DNA from: a bacterium | GTDB lineage: Bacteria; Verrucomicrobiota; Kiritimatiellia; RFP12; DVOR01 | Assembly (NCBI GenBank): GCA_030535915.1 | Contig: JAUNQZ010000003.1 | Location: 1-46,461, forward strand | Direction of reading: 5' to 3' | Length of the DNA: 46,461 nucleotides | Made by a program: the position numbers and the translations under genes | Shown here: positions 18,973 through 25,891 of the stretch, in pieces | Numbering within the stretch: the stretch's first letter is position 1 | Layout: the number at the start of each line of letters is the position of its first letter | Notes under the pieces: generated by a model | Seen by the model: only the letters and a program-made list of their open reading frames with translations | Told to the model about the DNA's origin: nothing | The model's database searches: none

Positions 18973-20820
18973 TTACCACTGAAAAGCTGCATCTGAAGGC
19001 ATATGCCAATCGCCTCGCGGAGAGAGCGCAACCGTTCCAACCTTTGGACCATCCGGACTCGCCGAACGTTTAAACTGCTGTTGCACAAAGCGACGACAGA
19101 AAATCTCCAATGTCCGCGTACGTACTTCTTCAGAATACGTCTCTCCATGTAACAGCGTTGCAAGACTTGCAAGTTCCTCTTGGTCACAACCATACTTGAA
19201 GAAGTAATACAAGAAGAAGTCGTGCAATTCATACGACCCAACGATTGATTCAGTATGCTGTTCTCCAGGGAGCAATTCTGGTGAGACTGGCGTATCACAA
19301 ATATCTTGCAAAGCTTTTGCCAATGCCGGCTGCGAATGCTGTGCGACCCATTGCACACAATGACGCACTAAAAGTTTCGGCACATCACAATTCACCGAAT
19401 ACATACTCATGTGGTCGCCATTATAGGTGCTCCAACCCAACGCAATTTCAGAGAGGTCGCCCGTCCCCACAAGCAAACCATTCTCTTGGTTGGCAAGATC
19501 CATGAGGAGATAGGTCCGCGCACGGGCTTGTGCATTTTCGTATGTGACATCTTTCACGTCTGGGTCGTGACCGATATCCTTGAAATGTTGCTCGACACCA
19601 GGCGCAATGGGGATCTCACGCAATTCAATACCGAGCTCTTCTGCAAGCACATCGACATTTGAGCGGGTTCGCTTGGACGTTCCAAAGCCTGGCATTGTCA
19701 CACCCAAGATAGCGGTCGGTGGTAAACCACAAACTTCTGCCATCCGTGCACAAACAAGCAATGCGAGGGTTGAATCTAAGCCTCCACTTAACCCAATAAC
19801 CAATCGTTTCGCATGCGTATGCTCAAAGCGCTTTCGTAAAGCTGCGGTTTGCAATAAGAGAATTTCATTACACCGCTGAGCTAAGGTTTGTGCATCTTGT
19901 GGCACAAAGGGATTCGCCTCTAAACCTGCGTATGCGCCATCTGAGGCTTCCATCGCTAACTCCAAGCATTCGCACACGAGGAGTTGTTCTGTCGGGAGAT
20001 TCGCGAAATCACTTTCACGCATACGAACATAATCGACCCAACGCGGATTGAAATCCATCAACTGTACATCCGTTGTCCACTGCGAAGTAACAAGGAGGCG
20101 ACCATTGTTTGCCATCACCACCTGTCCACTGTAGACATTATCAGTCGTTGATTCTCCAAGACCGGCATTACAGTAAACATACGGGCAAGCCCAACGCGCA
20201 GCATTCGCTTGAACCATTGTCTCTACAGCAGCGGCGCGTCCGATCACCATCGGCGAAGCATCGAGATGAAGCAAAAGTTGCGCACGACCAGCTGCAAGCA
20301 TCGTTGCTGTCGGTTGTGTCGACCAAAGATCCGACAAATCTACGGCAAAAGTAAACGAGCCCACCGAAAAGAGTTGATGTGCATCAACTAGCGCCGTTTC
20401 AAACAGTGTCACATTGGGAGCAAGTGTACCCGGTGTAAAGTAACGTGCCTCTTCACTCTCTGCACGTTGTGAGAGTTGTTGCTTAGGGACAATTCCAAGG
20501 ATTTCGTTTTGCGTTAAAACCGCAGCACAATTGTAGAGACGATCATGAATGCGGAGGGGTAACCCCACCACACAAACTTCAGATTCTAATAGCGTTTGCG
20601 TAATCATCTCTATCGCTGTCAGAATGTGACGCTCAAGCGATGCTACACGGAAAAGGTCACCACATGTTGCACCCGTCAACGAAAGTGCAGGTGTCACATA
20701 GAGTTTCGCCCCCTTTGCGCGTGCCACTTCAATCCCATCAATAATTGCTTTTGCATTTGCAATGGGATTCGCCAGCGTAACGGTTGGAGTAAACGCTGCT
20801 ACACGATAAAAGGAACTCAT
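18973..20820 (-). CDS. nadE: NAD+ synthetase, two-domain (glutamine-dependent type) with degenerate glutaminase domain
   Basis: Synthetase motifs GLSGGLDST, ENAQARART, GTGDLSE, SPELLP and QFKR are intact. The N-terminal nitrilase-fold domain lacks the catalytic Glu and Cys. Confidence 0.95.
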   Translation of the reverse strand: MSSFYRVAAFTPTVTLANPIANAKAIIDGIEVARAKGAKLYVTPALSLTGATCGDLFRVASLERHILTAIEMITQTLLESEVCVVGLPLRIHDRLYNCAAVLTQNEILGIVPKQQLSQRAESEEARYFTPGTLAPNVTLFETALVDAHQLFSVGSFTFAVDLSDLWSTQPTATMLAAGRAQLLLHLDASPMVIGRAAAVETMVQANAARWACPYVYCNAGLGESTTDNVYSGQVVMANNGRLLVTSQWTTDVQLMDFNPRWVDYVRMRESDFANLPTEQLLVCECLELAMEASDGAYAGLEANPFVPQDAQTLAQRCNEILLLQTAALRKRFEHTHAKRLVIGLSGGLDSTLALLVCARMAEVCGLPPTAILGVTMPGFGTSKRTRSNVDVLAEELGIELREIPIAPGVEQHFKDIGHDPDVKDVTYENAQARARTYLLMDLANQENGLLVGTGDLSEIALGWSTYNGDHMSMYSVNCDVPKLLVRHCVQWVAQHSQPALAKALQDICDTPVSPELLPGEQHTESIVGSYELHDFFLYYFFKYGCDQEELASLATLLHGETYSEEVRTRTLEIFCRRFVQQQFKRSASPDGPKVGTVALSPRGDWHMPSDAAFQW

Positions 20821-21017
20821 TTTTTACCTCCTTTACCCATTAATGCTAGCGCTCCTAATGGAATTGAGAGTGCTCCAAGAATCCATGCACTCATCATCGC
20901 CCACTGCGGTAATAACGCATCCGGCGCTAAAAAACAAAACATCCACACGATGACACTCAATAAGAGTACCTCATTGACAATAAAAGCAATTGCGCCTATC
21001 TTCTGCCATGATTTCAT
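20817..21017 (-). CDS. Small hypothetical membrane protein (66 aa, two TMs)
   Basis: GAGGA RBS before ATG 21017, two hydrophobic stretches, stop overlaps the nadE start (ATGA), fills the ligA-nadE gap. Confidence 0.7.
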   Translation of the reverse strand: MKSWQKIGAIAFIVNEVLLLSVIVWMFCFLAPDALLPQWAMMSAWILGALSIPLGALALMGKGGKK

Positions 21018-21040
21018 CGTTAATCCTCGCTCCTCGTGTC

Positions 21041-23335
21041 TCAAAAAAGTGAATCCTGTACATATGTTTCCGAAGCAACCGCAACCGTTGGTAGAGGGTG
21101 GGCCTCAGGGGTTGGCGTTGCCGACGCGACAACTTCAGGTACGACTGTCGATACGACTGGCACCACGGGTTCACCTGCAATTAAAGCCATAAAGTCCGCT
21201 TCTTGCAACAAGGGTGTCCCAAGGGCTTGTGCTTTTGTAAACTTACTTCCGCCCGGATTGGCTCCAACAAGAACATACGATGTCTTCTTTGAAACAGAAG
21301 AAGCAAGCACTCCGCCATGTTCACGAATCAAAGCCTCAAAGGTTTCACGCGATTGAGAAAGCGTGCCTGTAATCACAAAGGAGAGCCCCGCCAATGTTGT
21401 CGCCGTCGTTTGCTTCGCGGGCGTGGGATTAATCCCCAATGCTTCCATCCGCGCAAAGAAATCTCGGGCATAATCCGTCTTTAAGAAAGCCAAGACACTC
21501 TTAACCATGTCGGGCTTAATCGCAAGTAAATAGCGTTGCTGGATGCCTTTTGTTGGATCATCTCGTAAAACCATCCCGGGATAACTTTGTGCCAACATCT
21601 CTGCTCGACCTACAATCGTATCACGCGTTGCATCATCCATTGGGCGTTTATTCAATGCCGCATAGAAATCTGCAACCGATTGCATCATTGTTGTTGTTTG
21701 CAACGACATAAAATCTGGATAAAATGTCGCTAATGTTCGCGCATTCGTTTCACCAATCCCCGGAATGCCAAGAGCATAAATCCAACGATGCAAGGGGAAG
21801 GTTCGCGCACGCTCTAAAGCCATTCCAACATCAGCAGCTTTCTTGCCAAAGCGGCGTTCACTCCCATCTTCTGAAATCAAACGAAACTCCGCTAAGGCTT
21901 CTAAGTCTAATTCATAAAGGTCCAGTGGACGCTTCACGCGTTGGGTTTCAACCAACGCCTCTGCCATGCGTCCACCAATAGCTGCAATATCCAACGCACT
22001 ACGCGAAACAAAGAGTTGCAAATGTCCCACACGTTGAGCTGGACAATCCGGAGAAACGCATCGCCAAGCGACTTCTTCTTCCAACCGTTGTACAGCACCT
22101 CCACACACAGGGCATTGTGTTGGCAAGGTAAAGGGAATTTCATCTCCCGTGCGTTGATTCAACTCGACACGATCCACTGCCGGAATCACATCGCCATGCT
22201 TTGAAATCACAACGGCATCACCGATGCGAATATCTTTCTTATCGATGTAATCTTGGTTATGCAAGGTTGCGCGTGCAATAACAGAACCCGCCAAAGGCAC
22301 GGGTTGAAGTTCTGCAACAGGGGTCAACACACCGGTTCGTCCCACTTGCACCGTAATCCCGAGCAAACGCGTGGTAGCTTCTTCTGCGGCATACTTGTAA
22401 GCGCGTGCAAAACGGGGCGCGTGTGCCGTACTTCCAAGTTGACGATAGAGGGCTCGCTGATTAATCTTAATCACAGCACCATCCATCTCGAAAGGAAAAC
22501 GATGACGCTGAGCCTCAAGTTCATCCAATGCTCCAAAGACTTGCTCCATGTCCATGCAGAGGCGTTGCCACATTGGGACTTTAAACCCCCATTGTGCAAA
22601 GGTTCGCATCATTGCCGTATGCGAATCAAATTCAACGCCTTTCAATGCACCTGCAGCATAAATGATAGCATCCAATGGACGCTTTGCGACTTCCCGTGGG
22701 TCTAACAATTTAATGGAACCCGCCGCAGCATTACGGGGATTCGCAAAGGGTTCACGACCAGCTTCTTCTTCCTCGCGGTTCAACGCAGCGAAACCTTCAC
22801 GCGACATGTAAATTTCGCCACGCACTTCAACCAACGGTGCATCTGTTGGAATTGACAAAGGAATCGAGCGAATCGTTCGTACATTGGCGGTGATATCATC
22901 ACCCACTTCACCATTGCCTCGCGTAGCTGCTCGAACCAATTGTCCATTACGATACAACAATGACAACGAGAGACCGTCAATCTTGGGTTCAACAACATAG
23001 TCCCACGAAGCATCTGCAAGATTTGAACGCAAGAATTTATCAAAATCCAAGAGGTCCTTACGATCATACGTCTTATCCAAGCTCTTCATCGGCGGATCAT
23101 GGCGAACCTTTGCGAAGCCTTCAATGGGAGCTCCACTCACGCGTTGCGTTGGTGAATCTGCCGTCAACCATTGTGGATTTTCATGTTCAAGGCGAACGAG
23201 TTCATCCCACAATGCATCATACTGCACATCCGAAATCTCAGGTCGTGCATCAACATAATACAATCGATCGTGACGCGAAATCTCCGTCCGCAACCAATTC
23301 ATCCGTTCTTGAATCTCTGATGCTTCCACCGTCAT
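21041..23335 (-). CDS. ligA: NAD-dependent DNA ligase
   Basis: KIDG adenylation motif, TRGNG, EVRGE, NPRNAAAGS, VGRTG, zinc finger CPVC…C…C, BRCT GLSFVITGTL. Confidence 0.98.
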   Translation of the reverse strand: MTVEASEIQERMNWLRTEISRHDRLYYVDARPEISDVQYDALWDELVRLEHENPQWLTADSPTQRVSGAPIEGFAKVRHDPPMKSLDKTYDRKDLLDFDKFLRSNLADASWDYVVEPKIDGLSLSLLYRNGQLVRAATRGNGEVGDDITANVRTIRSIPLSIPTDAPLVEVRGEIYMSREGFAALNREEEEAGREPFANPRNAAAGSIKLLDPREVAKRPLDAIIYAAGALKGVEFDSHTAMMRTFAQWGFKVPMWQRLCMDMEQVFGALDELEAQRHRFPFEMDGAVIKINQRALYRQLGSTAHAPRFARAYKYAAEEATTRLLGITVQVGRTGVLTPVAELQPVPLAGSVIARATLHNQDYIDKKDIRIGDAVVISKHGDVIPAVDRVELNQRTGDEIPFTLPTQCPVCGGAVQRLEEEVAWRCVSPDCPAQRVGHLQLFVSRSALDIAAIGGRMAEALVETQRVKRPLDLYELDLEALAEFRLISEDGSERRFGKKAADVGMALERARTFPLHRWIYALGIPGIGETNARTLATFYPDFMSLQTTTMMQSVADFYAALNKRPMDDATRDTIVGRAEMLAQSYPGMVLRDDPTKGIQQRYLLAIKPDMVKSVLAFLKTDYARDFFARMEALGINPTPAKQTTATTLAGLSFVITGTLSQSRETFEALIREHGGVLASSVSKKTSYVLVGANPGGSKFTKAQALGTPLLQEADFMALIAGEPVVPVVSTVVPEVVASATPTPEAHPLPTVAVASETYVQDSLF

Positions 23336-23338
23336 GCC

Positions 23339-24394
23339 TCAACGAAACTTTGCAAATAAAACGAACGCCACTGCTAACAGTAAAAATCCAACCACAAAAA
23401 CGAGCGTCACAATCCAATGCATCCATGTAAGTGTCTTTCGACGAAAGGCCTCCTTGCGACGCGTCCGTTGCGTTGTCCGTCGATACGATCGCGTTTGCCG
23501 CATGTATGAGCGCGTTCCTGTGGGGGGCGCAATCGTTGATCCTGCCGGATTGGGGCATTCAATCTCTACGCCGATTGAGAGCTGATGCAAATCAAATCGC
23601 ACCGCATCCCAATTGGGATAACGGTCATCAGGATTACGCTGCGCCATACGCATCAAGATTTGCGCAAAGGAGGGAGAAAATCCTTTGACGATATCCTGCG
23701 GCGAAGGCAAGGACTGTCGCATCTTCGCCTCTAAAATATCATGCGGGGATAACGCACCATACGGCACCTGACCCGTTGTCAACGCATACATCGTCATCGC
23801 AAGCGAATACATATCCGTTCGCGAATCAAGCATATCAATCGTGTCATTATATTGCTCGGGAGCGAGATACGGCACCATCCCTTCCGAAAATTCCATCGGC
23901 GGATTATGCCCATAGCCCGCTTCAAAACGAGCCAGCGTCACATCTGGGAAAAAGGGCGTTTGATCTTCAGTCAAATACAACATTTTTGGACGCACACAAC
24001 CATACACCACATGGATGCGTTCAAGCTCTGTAAAGCCATTGACCGCCGCGGTCATCAAACGAATCGCTTGTGAAACCTCAAGTTGACGCCCTTGAAGCAA
24101 ACTCAAGACACTCGTTGCATTGGAGTCTTCCAAAATAACATGGGCCTCTTGCGTTGTACGAATAATGTCAATCACATCGGGAAACATTGACACACGCAAA
24201 TTAGCTAACGCACGAATCACATTCAAACAAGCATTTAGCACCGAAGGATTCGCTTTTGCATCGTCATTAAAGACAATGACCAAAACATCACGCTCCAATG
24301 CCGTTTGTTCGGCACGCCACAATGAACAATAAAGCGCTTGCATCAAGCACTTTTTAAAAACAAAACCACGGATTGTAGGAGAATTTAATAACAT
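23339..24394 (-). CDS. Hanks-type (PknB-like) Ser/Thr pseudokinase with C-terminal TM anchor
   Basis: C-lobe motifs GMVPYLAPEQ, RTDMYSLA, TGQVPY and NPDDRY are retained. Gly-loop, VAIK, HRD and DFG are degenerate. Terminal TM helix. Confidence 0.85.
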   Translation of the reverse strand: MLLNSPTIRGFVFKKCLMQALYCSLWRAEQTALERDVLVIVFNDDAKANPSVLNACLNVIRALANLRVSMFPDVIDIIRTTQEAHVILEDSNATSVLSLLQGRQLEVSQAIRLMTAAVNGFTELERIHVVYGCVRPKMLYLTEDQTPFFPDVTLARFEAGYGHNPPMEFSEGMVPYLAPEQYNDTIDMLDSRTDMYSLAMTMYALTTGQVPYGALSPHDILEAKMRQSLPSPQDIVKGFSPSFAQILMRMAQRNPDDRYPNWDAVRFDLHQLSIGVEIECPNPAGSTIAPPTGTRSYMRQTRSYRRTTQRTRRKEAFRRKTLTWMHWIVTLVFVVGFLLLAVAFVLFAKFR

Positions 24395-24401
24395 ATCGTA
24401 T

Positions 24402-24410
24402 ATTATACCA
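24402..24410 (-). promoter_or_regulatory. Extended -10 promoter (TGGTATAAT), probably leaderless
   Basis: On the - strand the sequence reads TGG-TATAAT-atacgat-ATG, 7 nt before the pseudokinase start. Confidence 0.65.
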
Positions 24411-24500
24411 AAAATAAAATCATATTCATAGTAAAATATACTATATTATGTCACGCGCGAGAAACACAACAGAAAAAACCTCGAAGCCATTCCCCAAAAC

Positions 24501-24530
24501 AAAAAAACGCACAGGTAAAAACCTATGCGT
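24501..24530 (-). terminator. Intrinsic terminator of the tRNA operon
   Basis: On the - strand ACGCATAGGT-tttt-ACCTGTGCGT is followed by a T-run, directly after the last tRNA-Asn. Confidence 0.8.
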
Positions 24531-24533
24531 AAA

Positions 24534-24608
24534 TGGCTCCGAAGGCAGGATTCGAACCTGCGACCAAGTGATTAACAGTCACCTGCGCTACCACTGCGCC
24601 ACTTCGGA
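24534..24608 (-). tRNA. tRNA-Asn(GTT)
   Basis: Cloverleaf TCCGAAG…GGTGA-CTGTTAA-TCACT…GCAGG-TTCGAAT-CCTGC-CTTCGGA-G-CCA. Confidence 0.97.
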
Positions 24609-24630
24609 TTAAAAATCACTGAAGAGGAAT

Positions 24631-24705
24631 TGGCTCCGAAGGCAGGATTCGAACCTGCGACCAAGTGATTAACAGTCACCTGCGCTACCACTGCGCCACT
24701 TCGGA
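24631..24705 (-). tRNA. tRNA-Asn(GTT), identical tandem copy
   Basis: Same 75-nt sequence as 24534-24608, separated by a 22-nt spacer. Confidence 0.97.
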
Positions 24706-24731
24706 ACGTGGTTGATGTTTCCTCAAAAAAA

Positions 24732-24807
24732 TGGTGGCGGGTGAGGGTCACGATCCCCCGACACGCGGATTATGATTCCGCTGCTCTACCAACTGAGCTA
24801 ACCCGCC
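24732..24807 (-). tRNA. tRNA-Met(CAT), elongator type
   Basis: Acceptor GGCGGGT/ACCCGCC-A-CCA with G1-C72 paired (so not an initiator), anticodon arm GCGGA-ATCATAA-TCCGC, atypical T-loop ATCGTGA. Ile2 identity cannot be fully excluded. Confidence 0.9.
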
Positions 24808-24825
24808 ATTTGGAAAACGCCGTCT

Positions 24826-24855
24826 ATAATAACAAATCCCCCCTCCTCCCGTCAA
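24826..24855 (-). promoter_or_regulatory. Sigma-70 promoter of the tRNA operon
   Basis: On the - strand TTGACG-N18-TATTAT with a TG extension, a GC-rich discriminator and an A/T-rich upstream tract. Confidence 0.65.
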
Positions 24856-24928
24856 GCACTTTTTTCAAAAAAAATAAAATTTTTATCATTTCCTTTCTCC
24901 TTCTTATCTCCCTTTTATCGAGTCATTT

Positions 24929-25065
24929 TTTCAAGACCACCGAAACGCATCGTCAAAGTCGCCCATTTTGCTCGTCAAAACAGCCGACTTTGAGCTTCAA
25001 AATGGGCGACTTTGAAAACCCTTGAAAAATCAGGCTTTTAAGACCCTCCCCAAAAAGTCTTAAAA
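24929..25065. repeat. Intergenic element with phased 22-bp palindromic units (copy A)
   Basis: Units cgTCAAagtcgcccattTTGct / cgTCAAaacagccgactTTGag / ctTCAAaatgggcgactTTGaa at 24951-25016. Perfect 18-bp inverted repeat at 24953-24970 and 24998-25015. Confidence 0.75.
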
Positions 25066-25221
25066 AACTTCAAAAAAAGCACTTTTTATTTTTAGAAAAA
25101 CGCACCCAAACACCCTTTATGCATCTAAAAAAAGAAGACGTTGCGTAACCTTGTTAAAACACAAAATGAAGGCTCATGGAAAGAAAGCCATCTTAATTTT
25201 CGTGCTTTTTCATCCTTTTCA

Positions 25222-25230
25222 TGCTATAAT
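25222..25230 (+). promoter_or_regulatory. Extended -10 promoter (TGCTATAAT)
   Basis: Perfect TGnTATAAT about 30 nt upstream of the DJ-1 ATG, followed by an AAGGA RBS. Confidence 0.65.
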
Positions 25231-25259
25231 ATACGGAAAGAAAGAAAGGACGCATCATT

Positions 25260-25883
25260 ATGGCTTACTTAATGTTATTGGCAAATGGCTTTGAAGAAAT
25301 TGAAGCCTTAGGAACATTGGATTTATTACGCCGTGGAGGTGTAGAGGTCACGACCTGTACCCTCAATCAAACACCTCTTGTATTAGGCGCACATGGCATT
25401 GCCGTAGAAGCAGAGCTCGTTTTAGGAGAACTCGACAGCACACTTTTTGATGGCGTCATTTTACCCGGCGGTTTAGGCGGTTCTCAAGCCTTGGCATCAA
25501 CCGAGGGCGTTCTCCAATTATTGCGTGAATATAATGAACAAAAGAAGCTTATCGCCGCTATTTGCGCAGCGCCAGCATTGGTTTTAACCGCCGCCAATAT
25601 CATTGACAATCGCCAAGTGACCTGTTATCCTGCAGATGAATTTATTGACCTTTTGGGTGAAAATTATGAACCCGCCGTGGTCGTCTGCTGTGAAAATTTA
25701 ATCACAGGTAATGGTCCTGGGAGCTTCGTTGATTTCGCTGAAGCGATCCTCTGCACAGCAAAAGATGTCGAAACGGCTGAAAATGTCTTGCGTGATGCCC
25801 TTTTCCTCGGCGAAGAAGAAGAGGACGAAACCGATGCATTAGAGGATTATCTCGATTGCGTCCTTGAAAAGCGTGACGAATAA
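25260..25883 (+). CDS. DJ-1/PfpI (YajL/ThiJ-like) glyoxalase/deglycase
   Basis: GFEEIEA, ILPGG, AAICAAP (nucleophilic Cys) and ITGNGPG motifs, with an acidic C-terminal extension. Confidence 0.92.
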   Translation: MAYLMLLANGFEEIEALGTLDLLRRGGVEVTTCTLNQTPLVLGAHGIAVEAELVLGELDSTLFDGVILPGGLGGSQALASTEGVLQLLREYNEQKKLIAAICAAPALVLTAANIIDNRQVTCYPADEFIDLLGENYEPAVVVCCENLITGNGPGSFVDFAEAILCTAKDVETAENVLRDALFLGEEEEDETDALEDYLDCVLEKRDE

Positions 25884-25891
25884 ACACCCCC

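Noticed and set aside
24534-24807. tRNA-targeted genomic island or attL/attR duplication
   Set aside because: Both tRNA-Asn copies are full length and only 22 nt apart. There is no integrase and no displaced tRNA 3' fragment elsewhere in the window.
24708-25025. 105-aa + strand ORF
   Set aside because: Antisense to tRNA-Met, runs through its promoter and the repeat element, and has no protein-like features.
24929-25065. 22-bp units as a CRISPR or other guide-RNA array
   Set aside because: Only 3-4 units, no constant 23-47-bp repeat with unique spacers, and no cas or other effector gene nearby.
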